64,000 bases of DNA, taken from Alphaproteobacteria bacterium. GTDB taxonomy: Bacteria > Pseudomonadota > Alphaproteobacteria > UBA828. Where the stretch lies: NCBI GenBank assembly GCA_009691045.1, contig SHWC01000006.1, positions 1,912-65,911 of the forward strand, in the 5' to 3' direction. Both the position numbers and the translations under genes were made by a program. Shown one piece after another: positions 18,204 through 28,198 of this stretch (position 1 is its first letter; each line of letters begins with the position of its first letter). Below the pieces are notes generated by a model, which was not told the DNA's origin, did no database searches, and saw only the letters and a list, made by a program, of their open reading frames with translations.

Positions 18204-18626
18204 CTAGCCGACGATTTCGATATCGGCGAAGAAGAAGTGGATTTCGCTGGCGGCGTTCTCGGCCGAGTCCGAGCCATGCACCGAATTGGCTTCAACCGAT
18301 TCGGCGAAGTCCTTCCGGATGGTGCCGGGTGCGGCATTGGCCGGGTTGGTCGCGCCCATGATTTCACGGTTACGGGCAACCGCGTTCTCGCCCTCAAGCA
18401 CCTGGACGATCACAGGACCCGAGGTCATGAACTTGCAAAGGTCATCGTAGAACGGCCGGGCCTTGTGCACGCCATAGAAGGCTTGTGCCTGCTCGAGCGT
18501 GAGCCGCATGCGTTTTTGGGCAATGACGCGGAGGCCACCCTTTTCGAGCCGGGCGATCACGTCGCCGGTCAGGTTGCGCCGGGTCGCATCCGGCTTGACG
18601 ATGGAAAACGTGCGCTCGATCGCCAT
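18204..18626 (-). CDS. ndk: Nucleoside-diphosphate kinase
   Basis: ORF trimmed to ATG 18626 ([14 protein letters not shown]...). Has the NSVHGSDS active-site region and is 140 aa long. Confidence 0.95.
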   Translation of the reverse strand: MAIERTFSIVKPDATRRNLTGDVIARLEKGGLRVIAQKRMRLTLEQAQAFYGVHKARPFYDDLCKFMTSGPVIVQVLEGENAVARNREIMGATNPANAAPGTIRKDFAESVEANSVHGSDSAENAASEIHFFFADIEIVG

Positions 18627-18696
18627 GGCGGCAAATCCCAAATTCGTTGTGGAAGCGGTCTTATAAGGGCTCGGGCGGTGCCGGGCAACTGGCGCT

Positions 18697-19146
18697 TTAG
18701 GCTTTCTTTTCCCAGCGCCCGCCATCTTCCTGCTGCCAATAGGTCACGCTGTGGCCCTCGGCCTTGCGCGCTTGCCAGCGCCGCCGCGCGGCCTCGACCG
18801 CTTCCGGGTCGCCGCCATCGAACATATCGACACAGCGCGCGAAATTCGCGATAGGCGCGGTTTCAACCGCGTCGATCAAGACCAAGACATCGGCGCCATT
18901 GGGATTTTCCGCTGTGGTGGTGAGGTAGATCGGCTGACGCTCGGGCCGGCCATCGCGCGCTGTGCCATGAGGCAGGAACGAGGCTGGGTCGTAGGTCCAG
19001 AGCGTGACATCGAGCCACGCCATGCGCTCGGCCGAGCCAGCCATGACGACCGCGCGCCGACCGCCCTCGACCACCTTTTCCAACAGACGGGGCAGCGCCT
19101 TTTCGAGCGGCGAGGTGCGCAAATGATAGAAACCGATCTCGCTCAC
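18697..19146 (-). CDS. holC: DNA polymerase III subunit chi
   Basis: 149 aa. The N-terminus MSEIGFYHL... and its position overlapping the pepA stop by 4 nt fit the conserved pepA-holC pair. Confidence 0.8.
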   Translation of the reverse strand: MSEIGFYHLRTSPLEKALPRLLEKVVEGGRRAVVMAGSAERMAWLDVTLWTYDPASFLPHGTARDGRPERQPIYLTTTAENPNGADVLVLIDAVETAPIANFARCVDMFDGGDPEAVEAARRRWQARKAEGHSVTYWQQEDGGRWEKKA

Positions 19147-20648
19147 TTGGCCTCGTAAAAATCCTGCACCAGGCGCTCCAAGAGGCGCACGCCATAGCCG
19201 CTGGCGCCCTTGGGCACGAGCGCGTTATCGCCGCTTTTCATCCACGCCATGCCGGCAATATCGAGATGCGCCCAGGGCACGTCATTGACGAAGCGCTGGA
19301 GGAATTGCGCGGCCGTCACGCTGCCGGCCTCGCGGCCCTTGCCGACGTTTTTCATGTCGGCGATGTCGGAGTTGATGTCTTTGTCATATTTGTCGCCGAG
19401 CGGCATGCGCCAGACCGGTTCGTCAACCGCTTTGCCCGCCGCGATCAATCGATTGGCGAGTTCGTCATTGTTGCAAAAGAGGCCCGCCTGATAGGTGCCG
19501 AGCGAGACCACGATCGCGCCGGTGAGGGTCGCGAGGTCGACCATGAATTTCGGCTTGAACTTAGTGTGGGCGTACCACAGCACATCGGCCAGGACGAGCC
19601 GGCCTTCGGCATCGGTGTTGATGACCTCGATGGTTTGACCCGACATCGAAATCACCACATCGCCCGGACGCTGCGCGTTGCCGTCGGGCATGTTTTCAAC
19701 CAAGCCGACCAGACCAATGGCGTTGACCTTTGCCTTGCGGCCGGCCAGCGCCTTCATCAGGCCGATCACGCAGCCGGCGCCGGCCATATCGTATTTCATC
19801 TCTTCCATGCCGGCGGCGGGCTTGATCGATATGCCGCCGGTATCGAAGGTCACGCCCTTGCCGACGAAACAAACCGGCTGCTGATCGAAGCCTTCGGGCG
19901 CGCCATTCCAGCGCATGATACCGAGCTGAGATTCGCGCTCACTACCTTGGCCAACGCCGAGCAGCGAGCCCATGCCCAGCTCGCGCATGCGCGCCTCGCC
20001 CATGATCTCGACATCGATACCGATCGCCGAGAGCGTGCGAATATCGGCCGCGATGGTTTCCGGATATTTCACATTGCCCGGTTCGGATACTAGATCGCGC
20101 GTGAAAAACACCCCTTCGGCGATCTTTTCGAGCGGGCTGTAGGCGGCGCGTGCGCCCTGCGGATCGGTGCACATCACGGAGATTTCAGCGAGCGTGGGCT
20201 TATCGTCTTCCTTCTGTTTCGTGTGGTATTTGTCGAAGCGATAGCCGCCGAGATTCGCGCCATAGGCGGCGGCAGCGGCCATTCGCGCGACCGATAGCGG
20301 GCACCCCTCGATCGGGTCGATCACGATCGCCGCGGCGCGTTCGCCCACTTTGTTGAGCGTGGCAATGATGCCACCACCGAGGCTTTCGCATTTCGGCACA
20401 TCGACGTCGCTCGCCTTGCCGAGGCCGCACAACAAAATACGATCCAAGGTGACGCCGGCCGGCGCAACGACCGCCAATTGTTGGCCCTTTTTGCCCTTGA
20501 AGCGCCCGGTCGCAATCGCGCGCGATAGCGCGCCCCCGGTCTTTCCATCAAGCAATTGAGCGGTCGGCCCGAGCACACGTTCCTCAAGCACAACGACCAC
20601 GATTGTGCCCTGATTGGGTATCGCGATGCCGGCAAAATCGATCTTCAT
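19143..20648 (-). CDS. pepA: Leucyl aminopeptidase (M17)
   Basis: 501 aa with the NTDAEGRLVLAD signature and the VGKGVTFDTGGISIKP motif. Confidence 0.95.
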   Translation of the reverse strand: MKIDFAGIAIPNQGTIVVVVLEERVLGPTAQLLDGKTGGALSRAIATGRFKGKKGQQLAVVAPAGVTLDRILLCGLGKASDVDVPKCESLGGGIIATLNKVGERAAAIVIDPIEGCPLSVARMAAAAAYGANLGGYRFDKYHTKQKEDDKPTLAEISVMCTDPQGARAAYSPLEKIAEGVFFTRDLVSEPGNVKYPETIAADIRTLSAIGIDVEIMGEARMRELGMGSLLGVGQGSERESQLGIMRWNGAPEGFDQQPVCFVGKGVTFDTGGISIKPAAGMEEMKYDMAGAGCVIGLMKALAGRKAKVNAIGLVGLVENMPDGNAQRPGDVVISMSGQTIEVINTDAEGRLVLADVLWYAHTKFKPKFMVDLATLTGAIVVSLGTYQAGLFCNNDELANRLIAAGKAVDEPVWRMPLGDKYDKDINSDIADMKNVGKGREAGSVTAAQFLQRFVNDVPWAHLDIAGMAWMKSGDNALVPKGASGYGVRLLERLVQDFYEAK

Positions 20649-20813
20649 TCAGACCTCCGAAACGACGCGTAAAGAAGGCGCCCCGCGCGAACGCGCGCGG
20701 CGCCTGCAAGCCACAAGCTATAGCGAAGCCGACCCCGGCCGTGAAGCCACAATGAACGGAGGATCGGCACGGTGCGAACCGTGCGAGGCTCTACGCGCTG
20801 GCGCCCGATTCGG

Positions 20814-21968
20814 ATGAGCCGCTATACTGGGGCGGTGCAGCGCTACCAACTTTACCTCGCCCGCCAGATTCTTGGGCCTTTTCTGCTGGTTGCGGCCAGC
20901 CTGACCGCGGTCATTTGGCTGTCGCAATCGCTGCGTTTCATCGACCTGATCGTCAATAAAGGCCTTTCGATCGGGGCTTTTCTCTATCTCGGCGTGCTGC
21001 TGATGCCGTCGTTTCTGGGTGTCATCCTGCCAATTGCCCTCTTTTGTTCACTAATCTTCGCCTTTAATCGACTGACGTTCGATTCAGAATTGATCTCGCT
21101 CAGAGCGGCCGGTCTCGGGCCCTGGGGCATTGCCGGGCCGGCCCTCGGGCTCGCCGCCGTGGTGACCATCTTCGTCTATGCGATCAATCTCTATTTCACG
21201 CCGGCGTCTTATCGGGAGTTCAAGGAGCGACAGTTTGTCATTCGCGGCGACTTCTCCTCGCTGTTGTTGCAAGAAGGGGTGTTCACGCCGCTTGGGAGCG
21301 GCCATACCGTCTATGTTCGGGCGCGGGGCGAAGGCGGCACGCTTCTCGGCATTCTGGTCCATGACGAGCAAAATCCCGACCGCCCCATTACCATGATGGC
21401 GGAACAGGGCGAGCTGGTGCCGAGCGAGGATGGCCCGCGTTTCGTTTTGCTCAAAGGCAACCGACAGGAAATCGATCGCGAACATGAACAGCTTTCGCTG
21501 CTCTATTTCGACCGCTATACGCTCGACCTTGCGCAGCTGGCCGAAAAGCCAGGCCAACGCTGGCGCGAACCGCGGGAACGTTACGTCCATGAACTCTTAA
21601 ATCCAGGCACGACCGAGGATGACCTGCGCAACATGGGCAAATTCCGCGCCGAACTACATCAACGGATTGTCTCGCCGCTCTATGCCTTAGCGTTGACCCT
21701 CATCGGGCTTGCCGCCCTGTTGACCGGCGAACACAATCGGCGTGGCCAATGGCGGCGAATCTTGATCGCGATCGGTGCAGCCCTCGCCGTCGAAGCGATC
21801 GGCCTCGCTTTGTCGAACCTGATCGTAAAAAATTCCTCACTCGCTGGCCTGCTTTACGTGAATGTCGCGCTCGGTATCGGCATTCCCATCGTATTGTTGA
21901 GCCGCCGCGGCCTCGTTCGCTCCCACCGCCGGCCGCCGCCCGACGACGTTCAGACCGCGTCTGTTTGA
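20814..21968 (+). CDS. lptF: LPS export ABC transporter permease LptF
   Basis: ORF 20772..21968 trimmed to ATG 20814. It is a YjgP/YjgQ-type membrane protein (QRYQLYLARQILGPF) and is followed by lptG. Confidence 0.85.
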   Translation: MSRYTGAVQRYQLYLARQILGPFLLVAASLTAVIWLSQSLRFIDLIVNKGLSIGAFLYLGVLLMPSFLGVILPIALFCSLIFAFNRLTFDSELISLRAAGLGPWGIAGPALGLAAVVTIFVYAINLYFTPASYREFKERQFVIRGDFSSLLLQEGVFTPLGSGHTVYVRARGEGGTLLGILVHDEQNPDRPITMMAEQGELVPSEDGPRFVLLKGNRQEIDREHEQLSLLYFDRYTLDLAQLAEKPGQRWREPRERYVHELLNPGTTEDDLRNMGKFRAELHQRIVSPLYALALTLIGLAALLTGEHNRRGQWRRILIAIGAALAVEAIGLALSNLIVKNSSLAGLLYVNVALGIGIPIVLLSRRGLVRSHRRPPPDDVQTASV

Positions 21969-21986
21969 GTAGAGAACCGGCTATTC

Positions 21987-23081
21987 ATGCGCCTCTCGGG
22001 CACACTCTCCCTCTATATCAGCCGACAATTCGTAATCGGGTTGGGTATCGTTTTCGCGTTGTTCGTGGTGACGGTCTTCGTATTCGATACGGTGGAGTTG
22101 CTTCGACGCGGCTCGGGCAAAGAGGCCGCCACCTTTTCTCTCCTCATCGAGATGGCGGTGCTGCGCATCCCCTTTATGGCGCAAAAAGTATTGCCCTTCG
22201 CCGCGTTGATCGGCGCGATTCTGTGCCTGACGCGTCTGACCCGCACCCAAGAACTTATAGTGGCGCGCGCCGCGGGGGTTTCAGTCTGGCAATTTCTTTT
22301 GCCTGCGCTGACCATCGCCCTTTTGATCGGCGGCTTTGTGGTCACCGCGTTCAATCCGTTTGCTTCGGCCATGGTTTCGCGCTTCGAGCAGATGGAAGGG
22401 CGCTATTTGCAGGGGCGCTCGAGCCTTCTTGCCGTATCCGACGCGGGTATCTGGCTTCGCCAAAGCAATGGCACGATGACCGATGTCGTGCACGCCAGAC
22501 GTATGGCGCGAGACACACTGACGCTGCACGATGTCGTGATTTTCCGTTATGAGGGGGATGATCGTTTTATCCAGCGCATCGATGCCTCCGAGGCAACGCT
22601 TGAGCGAGATCGCTGGAACCTCACCAATGCGCTGGTGACGGCGCCGGATGGACCCTCGGAAACCTATGCGCACTATCAAATCGCCACTGAGTTAACGCTC
22701 GAACAGATCGAAAACAGCTTCGCGCCGCCTGAAACCCTTTCGTTCTGGGCACTGCCGGGGTTTATTCGTGTCTTAGATGAGTCGGGCTTCTCGTCGGTAC
22801 GACATCGACTGTACTGGCATGCGACAATTGCCACGCCACTGCTGCTCTGCGCCATGGTACTCATCGGCGCGACCTTTTCGCTACGATTGACCCGGCGTGG
22901 CGGCATTTGGTTGCTCGTCGTCGCTGGTATCCTGACCGGCTTCCTGCTTTATTTTCTGTCCGATCTCGTTTTGGCACTTGGTCTATCGGGTAAGATTCCG
23001 GCGTGGCTTGCAGCTTGGGCGCCAGCCGGTATCTTCTCCCTCCTTGGAGTCGCGAGCCTTTTCCATCTTGAGGACGGCTAG
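21987..23081 (+). CDS. lptG: LPS export ABC transporter permease LptG
   Basis: 364-aa protein of the YjgP/YjgQ family (LSLYISRQFVIGLGIVF). Confidence 0.9.
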   Translation: MRLSGTLSLYISRQFVIGLGIVFALFVVTVFVFDTVELLRRGSGKEAATFSLLIEMAVLRIPFMAQKVLPFAALIGAILCLTRLTRTQELIVARAAGVSVWQFLLPALTIALLIGGFVVTAFNPFASAMVSRFEQMEGRYLQGRSSLLAVSDAGIWLRQSNGTMTDVVHARRMARDTLTLHDVVIFRYEGDDRFIQRIDASEATLERDRWNLTNALVTAPDGPSETYAHYQIATELTLEQIENSFAPPETLSFWALPGFIRVLDESGFSSVRHRLYWHATIATPLLLCAMVLIGATFSLRLTRRGGIWLLVVAGILTGFLLYFLSDLVLALGLSGKIPAWLAAWAPAGIFSLLGVASLFHLEDG

Positions 23082-23085
23082 ACCT

Positions 23086-25269
23086 TTGACTCGTTGGCAC
23101 GCCCTATTGGCATCGATCGGCTTGCTCGCTCTGGCGGCGGCGGTGAACGCGGCCGAGCCCGATCAAACCCGTCTCACGATCGAGGCGGACGAGCCTGTTG
23201 TGCTGATCGCAGACAATATTGAGCGGGACGACGAGCTTGGCCTCACGCGGGCGAGCGGCAATGTTGAACTTGCGCAAGGCCTGCGCCTTATTGTTGCCGA
23301 TACCATCACCTATAACGAACGAGACAATGTGGTTGCCGCGAGCGGCAATGTCACGTTGCTGGAACCTTCGGGCAATGTGGTGTTCGCCGATTATGCCGAA
23401 CTCAAGGACGATTTGCGCGAAGGCGTCATTAGTCAATTCCGCGCTCGTCTATCAGACGGTGCACGCATGGCGGCAAATGGCGCGCGGCGAACAGGCGGCA
23501 ATCGTACGGAGATGACCAAGGCGGTCTATTCGCCGTGTGAGCTTTGCGCCACCGATCGGGAGCGTGCCCCACTTTGGCAAGTTAAAGCCAAACGGATCGT
23601 GCATGACGAAGTCGGTCACGACATTGCGTATTACGATGCCACGCTCGAGATGTTTGGCGTGCCCGTGCTCTACACACCCTATTTCGAACACGCCGATCCA
23701 AGCGTTAAGCGACGCACCGGTTTCTTGTCGCCGATCTATGGCATTTCCTCGACGCTGGGTACGACGCTGACGACACCTTATTATGTTGTTCTCGAACCCT
23801 GGCGCGACCTGACCATCGAGCCGACGGCGACCACCCAAGAAGGCGGCATTTTGGGCCTTCAATATCGCGAGCTTACCGCCGATGGCAGTCTCGATTTTTC
23901 CGGCAGCATCACACGACCAACCACTCAAGATCCTGCGTTTGGCATGGAAGTCGGCGGCGAAGTTATTCGCGGGCACATAGCGGGCACCGCGGATTTTCAG
24001 ATCGACCCCGAATGGCACGCGGGTCTCCAGTTGGAGCGCGCCTCGGATTCAACCTATTTGAATAGATATAACGTGCCCAAATTAGGCAGCCGGCGGACAT
24101 TGGTCACACGCCCCTTTGCGGAGCGTATCGCCGATCGCGATTATTTCGCGGCGACTGGATATCTCTTTCAGGGTCTCGATCAGGGCGATTCTCAATCGCG
24201 AACGCCGTTCATCCTGCCGTTGATCAACCTTAGCTTGGTCGATGATCACGAACAGGGCGACGACTACCTCACCTTCGATGCCAACGGCCTCGTTTTGAAT
24301 CGCGTGAATGGTGTCGACAGTCGGCGCCTCTCGCTGAGTGGCGGGTGGCATTTGCCTTATGTGAGCGATGGCGGTCACGTCTTCGAACTTGCGGCCTCGT
24401 TGCGGGGCGATCTCTATCATGTCGACAATGTTATCGACCCCGATGACGCGAGGGTGGTCGAAAAGGGCGTAACCGGCCGATTGGTGCCAGAGCTATCGCT
24501 CGATTGGCGCTACCCGCTGATCGCCCGTCATGGCGAACTTCGCACCGTCATCGAGCCAATTGTTCAAGCCATCGCTAGTCCCTATGGCGGCAATCCGGAA
24601 AGCATCCCGAATGAGGACAGCCAAGACCTAGAGTTTGATGACACCAACGTCTTCTCCAGCAACCGCTTCACCGGCCTCGATCGCATCGAGATTGGCCCTC
24701 GTGTCAATTACGGTACGCGACTGGGCGTTTATGACGCCGGTGGTGCCAGCGCGACGTTCCTGCTCGGCCAGACCCTACGCGCCAAGACTGACGATGCCTT
24801 GACCCGACAAAGTGGTCTCGATCGCAATTTTTCGGACTATGTGGGCCGCGTCCATGTAACGCCGGCGTCCTATCTCGATCTCGGCTACCGCTTCCGGTTG
24901 GACAGCGAGGATTATTCGCTGAAACGCTCGGAGCTCGACGTTACCGCTGGTCCGGGTTTTTTGAGATTCAGCGTGAGTTATTTGCAGGTGGCCGAACAGA
25001 CCAGCGAGGATAACCTCACGAGCTTCCTAAGCCGCGAAGAAGTGTTGGCGGGCGCAACGTTGAAATTCGCCGAATATTGGCGCCTGCAGGCGGGAACGCG
25101 CCGGGATCTAAGAGGCGGCGGGCATCCGTTGAGCGTGGACGGCTCCGTAACCTACGAAGACGAGTGCTTCATCGCGGCGTTGTTGGCCTCCCGGTCCTAC
25201 ACGCAAACGCGCGATGTCGAACCCGACACCAGCTTCATGTTCAGAATCGTTTTCAAGGGCGTGAGCTGA
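23086..25269 (+). CDS. lptD: LPS-assembly outer-membrane protein LptD
   Basis: ORF 22978..25269 overlaps the lptG 3' end. I prefer the in-frame TTG at 23086, just after the lptG stop, which gives the signal peptide LTRWHALLASIGLLALAAAVNA. The ORF has an OstA-like N-domain plus a large beta-barrel region. The start codon is uncertain. Confidence 0.85.
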   Translation: MTRWHALLASIGLLALAAAVNAAEPDQTRLTIEADEPVVLIADNIERDDELGLTRASGNVELAQGLRLIVADTITYNERDNVVAASGNVTLLEPSGNVVFADYAELKDDLREGVISQFRARLSDGARMAANGARRTGGNRTEMTKAVYSPCELCATDRERAPLWQVKAKRIVHDEVGHDIAYYDATLEMFGVPVLYTPYFEHADPSVKRRTGFLSPIYGISSTLGTTLTTPYYVVLEPWRDLTIEPTATTQEGGILGLQYRELTADGSLDFSGSITRPTTQDPAFGMEVGGEVIRGHIAGTADFQIDPEWHAGLQLERASDSTYLNRYNVPKLGSRRTLVTRPFAERIADRDYFAATGYLFQGLDQGDSQSRTPFILPLINLSLVDDHEQGDDYLTFDANGLVLNRVNGVDSRRLSLSGGWHLPYVSDGGHVFELAASLRGDLYHVDNVIDPDDARVVEKGVTGRLVPELSLDWRYPLIARHGELRTVIEPIVQAIASPYGGNPESIPNEDSQDLEFDDTNVFSSNRFTGLDRIEIGPRVNYGTRLGVYDAGGASATFLLGQTLRAKTDDALTRQSGLDRNFSDYVGRVHVTPASYLDLGYRFRLDSEDYSLKRSELDVTAGPGFLRFSVSYLQVAEQTSEDNLTSFLSREEVLAGATLKFAEYWRLQAGTRRDLRGGGHPLSVDGSVTYEDECFIAALLASRSYTQTRDVEPDTSFMFRIVFKGVS

Positions 25270-26607
25270 ATGAAATGTCGGAAAACGACCGATGCCATGG
25301 GCCGGCGATCCGCGCGCAAGGCAAGGCGTCGAGATTTCGCTCTTTGTTGCGTGATTCTAATTCTCGCTGTGTTCAGCACGCCGTTCTCGATGCTTCTGGC
25401 CCCTCGCCCAGCCGCCGCGCAAGAGGACGTGCTACGCATTGCCGCGGTCGTCAATGAAGATGTGATCTCGATTTTTGATTTGGCGGTGCGGCTTGCGGTG
25501 TCCATTCGGTCGTCGGGCTTCGACGATACGCCGCAACTTCGGCGTCAGCTCGCGCCACAAGTCCTGCGCGCCATGATCGATGAACGTCTTCAAGGCCAAG
25601 AGGCCAAGCGCCTGACGATTGTTGCCTCTGAAAAGGAAATAAACGACGCCATCGCGCAGATCGAGGCGCAAAACAAATGGGAAGAAGGCAGCTTCGACGG
25701 CCACATCAAAGAGGCCGGGCTGCAACGCGACGTCATCATCGAGCAGATCCGAACCGAGATCGCGTGGGGGAAAATCGTTCGCCGCCGATTTTCTGGTACG
25801 GTTTCGGTGAGCGATAAAGAGGTTGATTCGGCGGTCGCGCGTATTGAAGCCAATCGCGGGCGGCCGGAAAACCGCGTCGCCGAAATCTTTTTGCCGCTGG
25901 ACGGCCCCAATCAAGAGAACGCGGTGCGACGCACTGCCGAGGATCTCGTCGCGCAACTTCGGACTGGCGGCGCGTTTCCGGCGGTCGCCCGACAATTTTC
26001 AAAGGGTGCCAGCGCCAATCAGGGTGGTGAGATCGGTTGGGTGGTCGCCGGCCAACTCAGTCCCGAGATCGAAAACGGCGTCATCGCTCTCGAACCGGGG
26101 CAAATCTCCGATCCGATACGAACCTTCGATGGCTATTATATCGTTACGGTGATCGCGCGGCGGCTTGCCTTGACCGGCGCGACGGGCGATCCGACGTTCA
26201 AGCTCTCACAGGTCGTCATCGAGCCGGGAACGGTCGATGATGCGGCGGCACGAAAATTGGTGAGCGATGTCAAAGCGACGCGCGATTGCGCGCGCTTCCA
26301 GGCTGCGGCCAAAGGACGGGCCTCGGCGCTCTCTGGCGATTTGGGCATGATCGTTTTCGCCGATTTGCCGGCTGAGTTGCGCGCCGCGATCCAGTCATTG
26401 CGGGCGGGTCAGACCACGGCGTCCCTACCCTATGAGGGCGGCACGCGAATCATCATGGTGTGCGAGCGGAATGAGGCTGAGACCGTTCCGCAGCGCGTTG
26501 ATCGCGAGGCGGTGCAGCGCGATCTCGGCAACAGAAAACTTGATCTCGCCGCACGGCGCTATTTGCGCGATTTGCGCCGGGCCGCCTTTATCGATATTCG
26601 GATCTGA
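25270..26607 (+). CDS. surA: Periplasmic chaperone / peptidyl-prolyl isomerase SurA
   Basis: 445 aa with a SurA N-domain and a parvulin-like region (FSKGASANQGGEIGWV). The start could instead be ATG 25297. Confidence 0.8.
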   Translation: MKCRKTTDAMGRRSARKARRRDFALCCVILILAVFSTPFSMLLAPRPAAAQEDVLRIAAVVNEDVISIFDLAVRLAVSIRSSGFDDTPQLRRQLAPQVLRAMIDERLQGQEAKRLTIVASEKEINDAIAQIEAQNKWEEGSFDGHIKEAGLQRDVIIEQIRTEIAWGKIVRRRFSGTVSVSDKEVDSAVARIEANRGRPENRVAEIFLPLDGPNQENAVRRTAEDLVAQLRTGGAFPAVARQFSKGASANQGGEIGWVVAGQLSPEIENGVIALEPGQISDPIRTFDGYYIVTVIARRLALTGATGDPTFKLSQVVIEPGTVDDAAARKLVSDVKATRDCARFQAAAKGRASALSGDLGMIVFADLPAELRAAIQSLRAGQTTASLPYEGGTRIIMVCERNEAETVPQRVDREAVQRDLGNRKLDLAARRYLRDLRRAAFIDIRI

Positions 26608-26613
26608 ATCAAA

Positions 26614-27510
26614 GTGCCGAGCGCCACGGCGCCGACCATTAATCTTGATCGCCTGCCAACTATAAGCGAGACGATCGCCGCGCACGATTTAGCCGCGCGT
26701 AAATCGCTCGGCCAACATTTTTTACTCGATCTTAATTTGACCCGACGAATTGCCCGCGCGGCCCAGCCGTTCAACGACACGACGGTGATCGAAATTGGCC
26801 CCGGACCAGGCGGGCTGACGCGCGCCCTTCTGATCGAGGGTGCAATGCGGGTGATCGCGATCGAGCGCGACCGACGATGCGTTGCGGCATTGCAGCCCTT
26901 GGTCGAGGCCGCCGCCGGTCGTCTTACAGTGATCGAGGCCGATGCGCTTGACGTCGATGAAACGACCCTCACCGCATCACCGCGCCAGATCGTGGCCAAT
27001 TTGCCCTACAACATCGCAACGCCACTCCTGATCAAGTGGCTTGACCGGATCGCCAATTATCAACGCCTGACGCTCATGGTGCAGAAGGAAGTGGCGGCAC
27101 GCATTGCCGCGCAGCCCGGCGATGATGCCTATGGCCGGCTCAGCGCGCGTGTCGGCTGGGTGAGTGAGGCGTATCTTTTATTCGATGTTTCGCCCCGCGC
27201 GTTCACACCGCCGCCCAAGGTGACATCGAGCGTGATCAGGCTTGAGCCACGGCCGAAGCCGCTTTGCGAGGCTGAGCCGGCTGCCTTCGAGGCGGTATTG
27301 GCGGCGGCGTTCGGACAGCGGCGAAAAATGTTGCGCGGCGCGCTGAAGACACTCGGCGTCGATGCGGCTTTGCTGCTCTCGAGCGCAGGCGTCGAGCCCA
27401 CCGCCCGGGCCGAGACTCTGAAAATCGAGGCGTTTTGCGCCCTGGCGCGGGCCTTGGCGGCGCTTCGGGCGGCGGGAAATCCTATTGCGACGACGCCCCA
27501 ACCGGAGTAA
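26614..27510 (+). CDS. rsmA: 16S rRNA (adenine1518/1519-N6)-dimethyltransferase
   Basis: Contains KSLGQHFLLD, the SAM motif VIEIGPGPGGLT and NLPYNI. GTG start. Confidence 0.9.
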   Translation: MPSATAPTINLDRLPTISETIAAHDLAARKSLGQHFLLDLNLTRRIARAAQPFNDTTVIEIGPGPGGLTRALLIEGAMRVIAIERDRRCVAALQPLVEAAAGRLTVIEADALDVDETTLTASPRQIVANLPYNIATPLLIKWLDRIANYQRLTLMVQKEVAARIAAQPGDDAYGRLSARVGWVSEAYLLFDVSPRAFTPPPKVTSSVIRLEPRPKPLCEAEPAAFEAVLAAAFGQRRKMLRGALKTLGVDAALLLSSAGVEPTARAETLKIEAFCALARALAALRAAGNPIATTPQPE

Positions 27511-27580
27511 TCAGCACGCCATTATGATGGTACCGAAAGAGTCACGACGAGGACTGGCGGCCGACGCGCCGCTACGCTAA

Positions 27581-27601
27581 GTGCCCCGTGCCCCGTGCCC
27601 C
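27581..27601. repeat. Heptamer microsatellite (GTGCCCC)x3
   Basis: Read directly in the rsmA / GNAT intergenic region. Confidence 0.7.
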
Positions 27602-27665
27602 GCGCGAGCGCTTTGCGTCGTTTTTCTTCCCTTTCACCAAAGCGCATAATGACGGGATTCGCGTG

Positions 27666-28190
27666 ATGGTTACCATCAGAAATGAACAAGCGGCCGATGC
27701 CCAGGCCATTGAACAACTCCTCGATATCGCCTTCGAGCCCAGCCGGCATGGCCGGCCGTCCTACCGTTTGCGCGAGGGCGTGGCCAAGCGTGATGATCTT
27801 AGTTTGGTCGCCGAGGTCGATAGCAAGCTCGTGGGTGGGGTGCGTTTCTGGCCGATTCTGATTGGCGATAATCCGGCGCTGTTGCTCGGCCCCATCGCGG
27901 TCCATCCCGATCATGAAGGGCATGGCATTGGTAGTCGTTTGGTCAGTGCCGGCCTCGACGCGGCAAAGGCGGCCGGCTTTCGCCTTGTCATCGCGGTGGG
28001 CGCCAAGGCCTATCTCGGCCGCTTCGGCTTCAAACCGGCGAGCCCGCTTGGCTTCGTCTTCCCGGTTCCGGTCGATGACGAGCGCTTTTTGGTGACGGAA
28101 CTCGCCGCTGGCGCGCTCAGCGGCGCCGCCGGTGTAATACGATCCGCGCGCGGGGCGTCGGATAAGCGGCCAAAGCGCCGCGTGGGGTAG
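27666..28190 (+). CDS. GNAT family N-acetyltransferase
   Basis: ORF trimmed to ATG 27666 (MVTIRNEQAADAQAIEQLL...). The acetyl-CoA motif is VHPDHEGHGIGSRLV. Confidence 0.8.
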   Translation: MVTIRNEQAADAQAIEQLLDIAFEPSRHGRPSYRLREGVAKRDDLSLVAEVDSKLVGGVRFWPILIGDNPALLLGPIAVHPDHEGHGIGSRLVSAGLDAAKAAGFRLVIAVGAKAYLGRFGFKPASPLGFVFPVPVDDERFLVTELAAGALSGAAGVIRSARGASDKRPKRRVG

Positions 28191-28198
28191 ACCAGGCC

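Noticed and set aside
20660-20740. GC-rich near-palindrome GGCGCCCCGCGCGAACGCGCGCGGCGCC and hairpin GCACGGTGCGAACCGTGC in the pepA/lptF divergent region
   Set aside because: Short GC palindromes are frequent in this composition. There is no second copy and no recognisable motif.
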